Shown: piece by piece, positions 9,509 to 17,598 of the stretch
How positions within the stretch are numbered: the first letter of the stretch is position 1
Layout: each line of letters begins with the position of its first letter
Virus record (IMG/VR): IMGVR_UViG_3300042375_000244
Location: 1 to 59,407 of that record
DNA length: 59,407 nt
From: a virus
Taxonomy: Duplodnaviria; Caudoviricetes
Reading direction: 5' to 3' (one strand)
Position numbers and translations under genes: made by a program
The notes under the pieces: model-generated
The model's input: the letters and a program-made list of their open reading frames with translations, nothing else
Databases searched by the model: none
Told to the model about the DNA's origin: nothing

Positions 9509-9835
9509 TCACTTGTCGCCAATAGCGTCCTGTATACCCCAACGCGGGCAAGGCTCGGCCTTGCCTGTGTCGCACGGCTCCTCACACTCGCAGGTAAATC
9601 TGCGAAGCAGGCTATGCAACGTCGTCAGCGTCCTCGCACTTCTTCGTGCGTCCAGATACCTGTCATTGCGACAGGTAGCCAACTCGCTCTCGCTCTTAAT
9701 CAGATCGGCGTTCAGCCCCCCAAACACATAAAGCATGTCCAACAAGACCTGCCTGTTCATGGTGATGAGGTTGCTCTTGTCGTTCACCAGCCGCTTTTGA
9801 AGTATGTCCAAAAGCTCTTTCGATGCGCTTGTCAT
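9509..9835 (-). CDS. Hypothetical protein with Cys-rich C-terminus
   Basis: Part of tightly packed leftward operon; CECEEPC...C. Confidence 0.6.
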   Translation of the reverse strand: MTSASKELLDILQKRLVNDKSNLITMNRQVLLDMLYVFGGLNADLIKSESELATCRNDRYLDARRSARTLTTLHSLLRRFTCECEEPCDTGKAEPCPRWGIQDAIGDK

Positions 9836-9836
9836 G

Positions 9837-10040
9837 TCAGGATCTCGTCATTTGTGCGTTGTCGTTCTTGTATCTGGACAGCACTCTATTCGCGTCCTCC
9901 TTCCGCACAAGGCGGCGCTCCGGCACGAAGTACACCTTGTCATGTGACAGACTCACCAGACGTGAGTCCGTGCGCTCGACTTCCTCGGGCGACTTAACAC
10001 TGACCACGGTCCTTCTGTTTGCGTGACTGACCATTATCAT
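9837..10040 (-). CDS. Hypothetical protein
   Basis: Leftward operon packing; 4-nt overlap with upstream gene. Confidence 0.55.
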   Translation of the reverse strand: MIMVSHANRRTVVSVKSPEEVERTDSRLVSLSHDKVYFVPERRLVRKEDANRVLSRYKNDNAQMTRS

Positions 10041-10414
10041 TTGCCCTCATCCCCCTGCGGCTGCGGCGGGGCGGCACGTATGACAGGGGCCAGCTTTGCC
10101 GCCATCGCCTTGATGTCCGCCTCCTCACGGTCCAACGTCGCACCCAATTCCGCGTCAGCAAACTGTCCCGCCAGCGCAAGGTAATCAATGCCGTTCAAGA
10201 CGCTGTTCAAGTTGCGGAAGCTCTTCTTCATACGCGCCATCTCGTAGCTGTGCATAAAGATCGAAGCCTCATACAGGCTCAAGCGCGTGCCAGTAATGCT
10301 CTCGAAAATCCTGCAAGCGCGGTCCATCACGTCCTCCTCCGTGCCATGCTGCTCCGAGCGTGTGCGAAGAAGTGTTGCAGATTGCGCCAAGATGTCTTTG
10401 TGATTCATACCCAT
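10037..10414 (-). CDS. DUF6378-like phage protein
   Basis: ILAQSATLLRTRSEQHG...RIFESITG...YEASIFM...ARM...IDYLALAGQ pattern. Confidence 0.65.
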   Translation of the reverse strand: MGMNHKDILAQSATLLRTRSEQHGTEEDVMDRACRIFESITGTRLSLYEASIFMHSYEMARMKKSFRNLNSVLNGIDYLALAGQFADAELGATLDREEADIKAMAAKLAPVIRAAPPQPQGDEGK

Positions 10415-10418
10415 GTTC

Positions 10419-10550
10419 CTAATCCTTCTTGATGGTGTGCTTGCAGGTTACGCATTTCCAAGTGTTGTCGTGTAGGTTGTAGACAACCGCATGGCCTCTT
10501 CTCTGGTGCATGAGGTAACACCAAAACCCTTTCAAAGCGTCGAGTATCAT
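10419..10550 (-). CDS. Small hypothetical protein (43 aa, CxxC)
   Basis: Manual translation MILDALKGFWCYLMHQRRGHAVVYNLHDNTWKCVTCKHTIKKD; exactly fills the gap, ATGA coupling. Confidence 0.55.
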   Translation of the reverse strand: MILDALKGFWCYLMHQRRGHAVVYNLHDNTWKCVTCKHTIKKD

Positions 10551-10936
10551 CTTGCGATCTCCGCTTCTATCTGACCACTGACCATTGAAAACATTCCTTG
10601 GCCCAAATTGTTTCTGTCATCGTTGAGCACGTTCAACGCCTCGCCGTCCAACAGGATCGCGCAACACGCCATGACGTGACCGAGATGATGCACGCCGCTG
10701 TCAGGCGCATACGTCTCGCCATCAAACCACGCCATCAAATGACGCATTGCTGCATCGTAATATACAGACGAACTAACAGTATGCTCGCGCCAGTTCATGC
10801 GGCCATACTTCTGTTCGCCGTCCATCATCGCGTGCGCTAAGTGTAATAGCGCAGTGGTTGGAACACATGACATTGAAGGCTTTCTTAATCCTAATACTGT
10901 CTTCGGGTTGTCGTCGGGGTAAGTATGCTCTGTCAT
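10547..10936 (-). CDS. dATP/dGTP diphosphohydrolase-domain protein (DUF5664-like)
   Basis: NPK...K..MSCVP...GEQKYGRMNWR...YYDAAMRHLMAWFDGE...DSGVHHLGHVMACCAILLD signature. Confidence 0.85.
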   Translation of the reverse strand: MTEHTYPDDNPKTVLGLRKPSMSCVPTTALLHLAHAMMDGEQKYGRMNWREHTVSSSVYYDAAMRHLMAWFDGETYAPDSGVHHLGHVMACCAILLDGEALNVLNDDRNNLGQGMFSMVSGQIEAEIAR

Positions 10937-11169
10937 TTGTGCCTGTCTCCCAAGGGTTTCTCTTCGATCACCAGCTTCGACGTACCCAAGTGAGTTCGAG
11001 GTGCTGACAGAAAACGCATACCAAACTTAATACTACGAGTTCGTATTACTTGCGCTGTCATCGTTGTATCCAACGCATCAATAACATCCTGTATCGTTCC
11101 ACCACTTCTAAATATCTTTCGAACCTTCATGATTTCTTCAGAGGTCCAATCGGGATAAGTTATTCTCAC
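10933..11169 (-). CDS. Small HTH protein, GcrA N-terminal-like
   Basis: DWTSEEIMKVRKIFRSGGTIQDVIDAL...AQVIRTRSIKFGM resembles the WT.E...G.S...IA..L HTH of GcrA. Confidence 0.5.
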   Translation of the reverse strand: MRITYPDWTSEEIMKVRKIFRSGGTIQDVIDALDTTMTAQVIRTRSIKFGMRFLSAPRTHLGTSKLVIEEKPLGDRHK

Positions 11170-11384
11170 CTTGATCTCCTTCTCTTAAATCCCCAGCGCA
11201 CGATTGCACTCATGCGGCCTTTCTCCCGGTTGCAGAAAACCATTGGGCGTATGACCAGATCTCGGTTTCTATTAATCACGCCGATGATGACATTCTTGGT
11301 TATTCCTCCCATCCGGCGCACAATATCCCGTGATGCAATGCCGTCGTTCCACAGCCGGATGATCTCAGCGTTTCTTTCGTTCAT
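11166..11384 (-). CDS. Stand-alone GcrA N-terminal domain protein
   Basis: IIRLWNDGIASRDIVRRMGGITKNVIIGVINR closely follows GcrA LW..G.SASQIA..LGGVTRNAVIGKVHR. Confidence 0.75.
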   Translation of the reverse strand: MNERNAEIIRLWNDGIASRDIVRRMGGITKNVIIGVINRNRDLVIRPMVFCNREKGRMSAIVRWGFKRRRSR

Positions 11385-11547
11385 GCCCTGTCTCCACATA
11401 GACACACGCTGTCTTGCTGCTCTTGGCGCACGACGGGCATTTTGAGGCGTTTATAGCTTTGATAACATCATCAACGTCTATCGGCATGTCTGACACGTCG
11501 TAGATCGTCCCGCACTTGCAGATCAAACGCAGCTTGTCATCGCTCAT
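11365..11547 (-). CDS. Small zinc-ribbon protein
   Basis: CKCG...CPSC; AGGAGG RBS. Confidence 0.6.
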   Translation of the reverse strand: MSDDKLRLICKCGTIYDVSDMPIDVDDVIKAINASKCPSCAKSSKTACVYVETGHERKKR

Positions 11548-11774
11548 CTGTTCCCCTCCTTCAGTGCATCCGTCGCAGTCCCCCGCATGTGGACCGCCAA
11601 CCCCCAGATCGTAGTGCGGTCAGGTATCTCCGCGCCGACTGGTGTCTCAGCAATGGAATGGAGGGCGTATTCTAAATGCTCGATGCGGTCGGCTGCGTGT
11701 TTCGTGTCGCCAATGCTGGCGCTCAATCCCGAAGCTAAATCGCGCCGCAGCCGCGTTACAAGATCGTCAGTCAT
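11544..11774 (-). CDS. Hypothetical protein (MTDDLVTRLR...AADRIEHLE type)
   Basis: GAGGAG RBS; N-terminal pattern common in alphaproteobacterial phage accessory genes. Confidence 0.7.
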   Translation of the reverse strand: MTDDLVTRLRRDLASGLSASIGDTKHAADRIEHLEYALHSIAETPVGAEIPDRTTIWGLAVHMRGTATDALKEGNR

Positions 11775-12108
11775 CTGCCGTCTCCTCAACCATTATTTTT
11801 TTTGCGCGCAAAGTTCTCGTGGAGAAAAACCCGTCATGCTCGGGGTTATTGCGCATCCACAACCGCCCATAGTATGCCCGGTAGTTGTTGTTTAACTTGT
11901 ACTCTTCACCTCGTGTCTCGATAACTGTAAACCACCGCATCCGTTCAAAGATCGCACCTACTCCAAAATTTCTCCTGTTAGCGTAAGCCGCTTCAATGGC
12001 GAACCTGCTAAACAGCGAATAAACCTTCGGGTTGATCTCGTGGAAGGTCCAAAATTGGGCCTCTAGCATGTTCTTTGGTCTGTCAGGTGTTCCAAGATCA
12101 TCGCTCAT
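11767..12108 (-). CDS. Phage hypothetical protein
   Basis: FHEINPKVY...IFERMRW...YKLNNNYRAYYGRL...FF pattern; GGAG RBS. Confidence 0.7.
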   Translation of the reverse strand: MSDDLGTPDRPKNMLEAQFWTFHEINPKVYSLFSRFAIEAAYANRRNFGVGAIFERMRWFTVIETRGEEYKLNNNYRAYYGRLWMRNNPEHDGFFSTRTLRAKKIMVEETADD

Positions 12109-12326
12109 CTACCGTCTCCCCATGCAGCATTGCACTTCACACATTCCTTGAGCGTCTTGCTCCGCAACTCATAGCCACGGGCCAGCAAAACCGTGCCGCA
12201 GTCGCACAAGCAACGCCATATGGACCCCGAGCGTTCCTGCAACGTGCGCTTGACACGCGCCCGCTCGACCACCGTCAACCGACCATAGCGGTTGCCCGTC
12301 TCGTCTTTGAATTGGGCGATGCTCAT
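12105..12326 (-). CDS. Small protein resembling the N-terminal zinc-binding domain of HNH/AP2 homing endonucleases, without nuclease domain
   Basis: KDETGNRYGRLTVVER...WRCLCDCG...L.S...C motif. Confidence 0.6.
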   Translation of the reverse strand: MSIAQFKDETGNRYGRLTVVERARVKRTLQERSGSIWRCLCDCGTVLLARGYELRSKTLKECVKCNAAWGDGR

Positions 12327-12925
12327 TCGCCCCCCTCTTTCATCTCACTGTTGGGCATGCCCCTATAAAAGTTGCGCCTCGGGCTGGGCTTATCCCTCCG
12401 ATAGAACATCCGATTGTAATGCTCTTGGCAGTAAGCCTTCTGATGATCGCGCACCGTTTCCGACGCGTCCAAGCCACAGTAAATCCGGAAGCCGTCGTTC
12501 GTGACAGATTCCAAAGGGTAATGGCACTCGTCATACCCAAGGTTCAGCACAGTCTTGGCCTTGGCGTTCTTCGAGAAACAAAACGCAGAGGATTGCAGAT
12601 ATGCAGAATCGGACGCCGCTGGTGGGGTGGTCGCCGCCGCAGGAGGAACCGGACGCACGAAAGCCCCCTCCCCATTTCGTGCGGGCTCTTGCTTTACACG
12701 CCGCCCCTTGCGGGCCAGAGCTGGATTACGGATCGTGGCCCGCAGGTCCCCCTGCAACCGCGCCCGCATTACAATGCCGATCACCTTGTTGCGGGTAATG
12801 TTGAACTCAGCCGCAATCTCGGTGCTCGTGTACAACGGACCATGGAACCCTGACCACATATTCAGGACGCGACCACGCATGTCCTCGTATTCCGCGTCCT
12901 TGCCAGTATTCTTCAGCTCAGGCAT
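12323..12925 (-). CDS. gcrA: GcrA cell-cycle regulator homolog
   Basis: N-terminal TSTEIAAEFNITRNKVIGIVMR; Pro/Ala linker; C-terminal VLNLGYDECHYPL...YCG...AYCQEH, matching the two-domain GcrA layout. Confidence 0.85.
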   Translation of the reverse strand: MPELKNTGKDAEYEDMRGRVLNMWSGFHGPLYTSTEIAAEFNITRNKVIGIVMRARLQGDLRATIRNPALARKGRRVKQEPARNGEGAFVRPVPPAAATTPPAASDSAYLQSSAFCFSKNAKAKTVLNLGYDECHYPLESVTNDGFRIYCGLDASETVRDHQKAYCQEHYNRMFYRRDKPSPRRNFYRGMPNSEMKEGGE

Positions 12926-13328
12926 GGCCGATCTCCTCCACGTTTGGATAAACGTACCGCCCCTTGCCATCGTCCGCGCCAAGCGTCTCTAAATACAAAG
13001 TCGCCATCATCTTCACGAACTCCGGAAGCTTCTCCCACTCGCTGCCTTGAGCCTTCCAAATCGCACAGAGCTGCTCAACCATCGCTATCGTGGCCGCGTT
13101 CATAATCACAATTCGCTGGCCGTTCTTGCTCTTCGCGCCAACAATGTCCGGGTTCTCGTCCAGAAACTGAACGACCTTTTGCATCGTTCCAGCGACCACG
13201 GCACAAATAATCGACGTCGAATGTTCCATAGGCGTCATGTTGGACGGGCGCTCCCCAATGAAGGCGATCTCTATTTCAACCGAAACCACCGGGTCAGACT
13301 GGAAGTCGGCTTCTTTGTTAGTGACCAT
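12918..13328 (-). CDS. Hypothetical protein
   Basis: Leftward operon packing; 136 aa. Confidence 0.6.
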   Translation of the reverse strand: MVTNKEADFQSDPVVSVEIEIAFIGERPSNMTPMEHSTSIICAVVAGTMQKVVQFLDENPDIVGAKSKNGQRIVIMNAATIAMVEQLCAIWKAQGSEWEKLPEFVKMMATLYLETLGADDGKGRYVYPNVEEIGHA

Positions 13329-13752
13329 GGCTCACTGTCCTTGTGTTGCAATAAGGCTTCTGCTTTAGCTTCGACCGGACGCCCGCAGGCTCAAACCGGG
13401 CAAACTCACCACGCGAATAGCGCGGGCAGTCCAAGGCCTTCCCCATCGAAACCATCGAGGCGTTCAAGGAGCGGCTGTCAGAGGTGTAACAATGCGCCAC
13501 AGGGCGTCCGTGGGAGGGGTCGCCTACTGGGAAGCACCTGACGGCTAGGGAGTTCTTGAGGAGCAGGCGTAGGGCGTCCCTAGCCGCCTTGCCGTTGGGT
13601 TCGTCCATCTCCTCGGCGTCGATGCCGTACAGGCGCACGCTTCGTCCTGCAAAATAGAGGGTGTCGCCGTCGTAGGCGGTCGGGTAGCCCTCTATCGCAG
13701 CCGGGGTGCCGTACAGGCTTGCACACAGACCAAGGACCATTGTGCAGAACAT
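13318..13752 (-). CDS. Thermonuclease (SNase-like) with hydrophobic N-terminus
   Basis: YDGDT...VRLYGIDAEE...DPSHGRPVAHC...LNASMVSMGKA motifs. Confidence 0.85.
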   Translation of the reverse strand: MFCTMVLGLCASLYGTPAAIEGYPTAYDGDTLYFAGRSVRLYGIDAEEMDEPNGKAARDALRLLLKNSLAVRCFPVGDPSHGRPVAHCYTSDSRSLNASMVSMGKALDCPRYSRGEFARFEPAGVRSKLKQKPYCNTRTVSHGH

Positions 13753-13985
13753 CAGAGTTCTCCGGTGTCAGAGTCGCGACGACCGAACGCTGACCACGCG
13801 TCGTGCCCGTCCTCCCGCCAGTCGAAGGCAGTGTCGTCCATCTCGTTGGCTACAGCTTCAGCTTGTTCGAGGGCAGCATCCACGTCAGAAGCTGACACCA
13901 TCAACACATGCTGGAGCCTGACGGTACGCTCAACCACGATTGCAAAGACAGGGGTGGACTTAGAGGCTTTGGGCTTGGTCGCCAT
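13752..13985 (-). CDS. Hypothetical protein
   Basis: Start MATKPK behind GAGG; VSASDVDAALEQA pattern. Confidence 0.6.
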   Translation of the reverse strand: MATKPKASKSTPVFAIVVERTVRLQHVLMVSASDVDAALEQAEAVANEMDDTAFDWREDGHDAWSAFGRRDSDTGEL

Positions 13986-14254
13986 TACGCGTTCCTCTTC
14001 GTGAACAACAAGACAGGCTTGGTGTCGTCGTGACGGTGCAGGGTAATCAGGTCCTCGTCGTGGATTACATGCCACGGGGCAGGGGAGGCGGGTCTGCTGT
14101 CCGGATTCTCAACAAGACAGTTCTCAAGGACGCGAACTATGTCGGCGCGGCCACACGCCCGCGCACTGAACAAAACCATCAGGGCGGCGGCTACGTCGGC
14201 TAGTTCGGAGGAGGAGAGGTGATCGATCTCCCCTTTTTTGGTTTCGAAGTCCAT
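13985..14254 (-). CDS. Hypothetical protein, first gene of leftward accessory operon
   Basis: AAAGGG RBS; TAATG coupling to next gene. Confidence 0.6.
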   Translation of the reverse strand: MDFETKKGEIDHLSSSELADVAAALMVLFSARACGRADIVRVLENCLVENPDSRPASPAPWHVIHDEDLITLHRHDDTKPVLLFTKRNA

Positions 14255-14403
14255 GGTCCACTGCCCTTTCTAAGTCGGTGGTTCGGATCGGTTGCCGTAT
14301 TACGGCTATATGAAGATAAGCACAGTCTCAAGGGCAACGCAAGGGGGTTTGGAGGGTTTTTCAGGGGGAGGGGCTTCGGTGGGGGTTGCTATAAGGGGAA
14401 AAC

Positions 14404-14557
14404 ATATATTGAAAATATAGTCTGTAAGTGTCTGAGTATACGGATATAGTTGGAATAACGTCATGCGCGAAAAAAAAAAAAAAAAAAAACGCTCCCCGGC
14501 CCAATATTTCACTATATCCGTATACTCAATGACTTACAGACTATATCGCCAATATAT
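14404..14557. repeat. AT-rich long inverted repeat flanking an A20 tract (candidate origin or packaging site)
   Basis: 14415-14450 and 14511-14546 are reverse complements at 33/36 positions, extendable with ATATATT; A-tract 14470-14489 between them. Confidence 0.85.
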
Positions 14558-14736
14558 ATAGTGGGCTTAGGCAAAGTGGGGCGCGCGGCCTGAAAGCGGG
14601 CTTGGGCGTGGCGCTAGACTAACTTTTGTGGAATAAAAGGTGCCTGTTTCTTAGGCATGTGCTGTCAGGCTTGCGTTCGTCGAGCTGTCAACGTATGTTG
14701 ATACCTCGATTTTGAACGGACCCCGGAGGTGTAAGC

Positions 14737-15435
14737 TTGGCTTCGTCAGACCCGAAACGACGCATCCCGATCACGGCCCTAAGGGTCATGGGTGAGCGGG
14801 CTTATGGACTAACGGCAAAGCAGGAGACCTTCTGCTTGAACTATGCCGCTGGCAATATCACGCAGACGGAGGCGGCGCGCCGGGCTGGGTTTTCGAACCC
14901 GGCTTTTGCTGCGTCACGGTTTCTGAACGGGCGCGACTACCCTCACGTCCTGCGCCGGATTGTGGAGCTGAAGCACGAGCTGTCACGCCGGTTCGAAGTG
15001 ACCTTTGAGAACCATGTAAAGAAGCTGGCAGAGATGCGAGACATGGCCTTGGCTGACAAGAACTACTCTGCTGCCATCGCGGCAGAGAAGAACCGTGGTC
15101 AGGTGGCCGGGCTGTATATCGCACGGCACGAGATCATGATCGGCAAGATCGACCAGATGAGCCGCGAGGAGGTGCTGGCCGAGATTGAGAAGCTGCATCA
15201 GGAATACCCTGCTCTCGCGGCAAACCCAGCACCCAAGCAAGACCTGTCACTGATCGAGGATGTAACCTTTGAAGAAGTCCTTGAACCCGTCCCCGATGAG
15301 GTTGGACATGAGCCGGACCGCCAAGAGCCTGAGTACCGAGGCCGGACTTTGGAAGAGCCTCCAAACCGCGACGACGAAGATGGTCCATTGGACGAGGATC
15401 GAAGCCCGCGTAGGCGCTGGCATCCCCGACCTTAA
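14737..15435 (+). CDS. terS: Terminase small subunit
   Basis: LTAKQETFCLNY...TQTEAARRAGFS HTH; AAIAAEKNRGQVAGLYI; start uncertain (TTG 14737 or ATG 14788). Confidence 0.8.
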   Translation: MASSDPKRRIPITALRVMGERAYGLTAKQETFCLNYAAGNITQTEAARRAGFSNPAFAASRFLNGRDYPHVLRRIVELKHELSRRFEVTFENHVKKLAEMRDMALADKNYSAAIAAEKNRGQVAGLYIARHEIMIGKIDQMSREEVLAEIEKLHQEYPALAANPAPKQDLSLIEDVTFEEVLEPVPDEVGHEPDRQEPEYRGRTLEEPPNRDDEDGPLDEDRSPRRRWHPRP

Positions 15436-15739
15436 CGGCGCGATGACGGACCTTGAGTTCTGGCTGGAGCTGAAGGTCGTAAAAACTGTCAGCTTCAAGA
15501 CCGAGGGCTTGTGGAGACCCGCACAGGTGGCGTGGCAGATGAAGCGCGCCGCATCCACGCCTGACAGGATCTGGAATCTTGTCAGCCACCCGGCGGGCCA
15601 GTCTGTCAGATTGTACCGGGGCGACAAGGTGATGAATCTAAACCGTGGGATGGACGCGGTGACGGACTTTGAAACGCACCTTCCTCCGAACTGGTTCGCG
15701 ATGTTGGATTTCATCCGGAGGCGTAATGACAAAACGTAA
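15308..15739 (+). CDS. PD-(D/E)XK nuclease, Holliday junction resolvase/VRR-NUC-like
   Basis: EAGLW...TRIE...GIPDL...FWLELKV...PAQVAW motifs. Confidence 0.75.
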   Translation: MSRTAKSLSTEAGLWKSLQTATTKMVHWTRIEARVGAGIPDLNGAMTDLEFWLELKVVKTVSFKTEGLWRPAQVAWQMKRAASTPDRIWNLVSHPAGQSVRLYRGDKVMNLNRGMDAVTDFETHLPPNWFAMLDFIRRRNDKT

Positions 15740-16106
15740 CCCTGTCAGCTTTAGCATAGCTGTGCCGCAAGATTTTTATGATTTCATGAACGTGGCAATC
15801 ATCCACGCAAGGCAGACCCGCAACATCAAGATCTCAAGGCGGCGCGTCTGTCTGGCGTCAGGTCTGTCACACGCGACCCTGTTTGAAGCGGAAAAGCGCC
15901 AGCGCGACCTGTCTTTTGGAACGATCATACGATGCTGCACGGTGCTGGGATACGAACTCAAACTTGTCAGGTTGCCGCCGCCACGCGCGATTGCGGAATA
16001 TGACGAGGCAATCCGAGAGCGGCCCGGCGCGCGCAAGAAAAAGCCGACCGGAGGCGTGAACTTTTTCAAAAAGAAAAACACCGCACCTCCGGAAGAGGCG
16101 CGGTGA
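15726..16106 (+). CDS. XRE-like HTH DNA-binding protein
   Basis: ISRRRVCLASGLSHATLFEAEKRQRDLSFGTIIRCCTVLGYEL; basic tail. Confidence 0.65.
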   Translation: MTKRNPVSFSIAVPQDFYDFMNVAIIHARQTRNIKISRRRVCLASGLSHATLFEAEKRQRDLSFGTIIRCCTVLGYELKLVRLPPPRAIAEYDEAIRERPGARKKKPTGGVNFFKKKNTAPPEEAR

Positions 16107-16172
16107 CGGTCGGTTTCCAGTGAAAGGGCGCGGTGACGGTCGATTCCTAAGGGCGCGGTGACGGTCGATTCC
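16097..16172. repeat. Three direct copies of a ~22-bp unit GGGCGCGGTGACGGTCGATTCC
   Basis: Copies at 16097-16118, 16126-16147 and 16151-16172, where two transcription units converge. Confidence 0.85.
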
Positions 16173-16362
16173 CAGAGGGCAGGCTATGGCGAAGGTGAAG
16201 CTCGGCCTCGCGCGCGTCCGCGTGAAAGGCCAGCGTGCCGGAGGGCGTCAGGCTGCGCCATTGCTGGCGCGTCGGGGAGTAGGCGAACCAACCTAGTGCG
16301 TCGCCGTTGTCGGCTGTTACGATGCTCGGTTCTTGGTCGCCGTTGTGTGCGTTCTCGTCCAT
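16147..16362 (-). CDS. Small hypothetical protein (putative early)
   Basis: MDENAHNGD start behind the repeated CAGGAGACCTATCCCATG leader. Confidence 0.65.
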   Translation of the reverse strand: MDENAHNGDQEPSIVTADNGDALGWFAYSPTRQQWRSLTPSGTLAFHADAREAELHLRHSLPSGNRPSPRP

Positions 16363-16622
16363 GGGATAGGTCTCCTGCGCCTTCGGCGCGTTAGTAGGGG
16401 TGGGCGCGTTGCTCAGGCTTCGCACGTGTCCCACGGTGCGCCGCAGGCCTCCGCAAGCTCGTTGTTTGCGTCAAGGGTGCGTATCCGTTCAAGCAAAGCT
16501 TCGCGGAGCATTTCGGACGTAACGTCCGAAGCGTCCTCGCGATCCGTCTCCAATGAGAAAGCAAGTTCGAAAGCGTGGTTGAAGCGGGCCATGGGATAGG
16601 TCTCCTGCGCCTCTGGCGCGTT
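16359..16622 (-). repeat. Duplicated ~34-bp RBS leader upstream of two small genes
   Basis: CCATGGGATAGGTCTCCTGCGCCTnnGGCGCGTT at 16359-16392 and 16589-16622. Confidence 0.85.
16413..16592 (-). CDS. Small acidic hypothetical protein (59 aa, putative early)
   Basis: Not in ORF track; manual translation MARFNHAFELAFSLETDREDASDVTSEMLREALLERIRTLDANNELAEACGAPWDTCEA behind AGGAG. Confidence 0.7.
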   Translation of the reverse strand: MARFNHAFELAFSLETDREDASDVTSEMLREALLERIRTLDANNELAEACGAPWDTCEA

Positions 16623-16671
16623 GTCTGGGGGTGTGGGTGCGCCCGACGATTGCCGGGCGCTGGTGGGCTTC

Positions 16672-17598
16672 CTAGGCGGCCTCCTGAACGGGCGCGCCGC
16701 CGTGTTCCTTGAGCATGGTTTCCAGCCACAAGGCGGGGTTCTTGATCGTTGCGTCGTCCATATGCGCCGCGCCGATATAAAGGCTGGCGGCTGCGTCGGG
16801 GATTGCGCGGGCTAGGATTGCGTGCGCGTGCGCGCGGATTGCGTCTTGGCCTCCCCTGTACGGCCAGTGTAGATTTTGCGTGTCTACTGGCGCGCCCGTG
16901 ACTTCATAGGCTGCGCCATAGTATAGGCTCCGCGCCGTGCTGGTGTGGCATAGCATGTGCGCTGCGCGGGCAAGGTCCAGCGGGGCGGTGTCCATACGCG
17001 TGAATATGTGACAGGCGTCATGGCGTCGCTGGTCCCGCAGATGTCCCGCCGTTACGCTGACGCCAACATATAGCGAGACCGGGCGGGCGGCTGACAGAAG
17101 GCGCACGAGCGCCAAGATTGCGGCGCCTCGCTTTTCAAGGTCAACGCTGTCGATGCCTGCGCTGCTGGCAATGTCCACAATGATTGCGAGCGGTGCTTGG
17201 TCGCTGCTGATGCGCTGACGCTGACGCATTGCCAGCGGGTGGCCTGCCAGTGCTGCCGGGACGCACGGGACGCCCCCGGCGACTGCTGCAACCGTGCGCC
17301 AGCGCCGCGAGACTAGGTGCAAGGCCTCGAAGCGGGTCAAAAACTCATCGGAGCGCGCGACAATGGCGGGGTTTCCCTCGCGGAGGCAGCGCATGCTGGC
17401 GTCGAATGACAGCCCGCCGCGCCACGCGTCGCCCTTGTCCGAACGGGCGGGGCGCGCCTTGTTGACGCTCTTGAAAAGCGTCGCCGTCTGCGTCATGTCG
17501 CCAATGGCGTATGTGTCGAGCGTCGTCTTGCATCCATCGCGCGCCGCTATGGCGTCGATTGCAGGAAGCGTGAACTTGTGCATCTTAGACCCCCTCAA
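16672..17598 (-). CDS. VWA-like partner of MoxR AAA ATPase
   Basis: VPAALAGHPLAM then LAIIVDIASSAG (MIDAS-like) and RGAAILALVRLL; adjacent to the AAA gene; true start may be the MHKF Met. Confidence 0.65.
   Translation of the reverse strand: MRGSKMHKFTLPAIDAIAARDGCKTTLDTYAIGDMTQTATLFKSVNKARPARSDKGDAWRGGLSFDASMRCLREGNPAIVARSDEFLTRFEALHLVSRRWRTVAAVAGGVPCVPAALAGHPLAMRQRQRISSDQAPLAIIVDIASSAGIDSVDLEKRGAAILALVRLLSAARPVSLYVGVSVTAGHLRDQRRHDACHIFTRMDTAPLDLARAAHMLCHTSTARSLYYGAAYEVTGAPVDTQNLHWPYRGGQDAIRAHAHAILARAIPDAAASLYIGAAHMDDATIKNPALWLETMLKEHGGAPVQEAA

Noticed and set aside
12105-12326. Active homing endonuclease
   Set aside because: Only the N-terminal zinc-binding segment is present; no HNH or GIY-YIG catalytic domain.
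16097-16172. Mini CRISPR array
   Set aside because: Gaps of only 3-7 bp, no spacer-length sequences, no cas genes.
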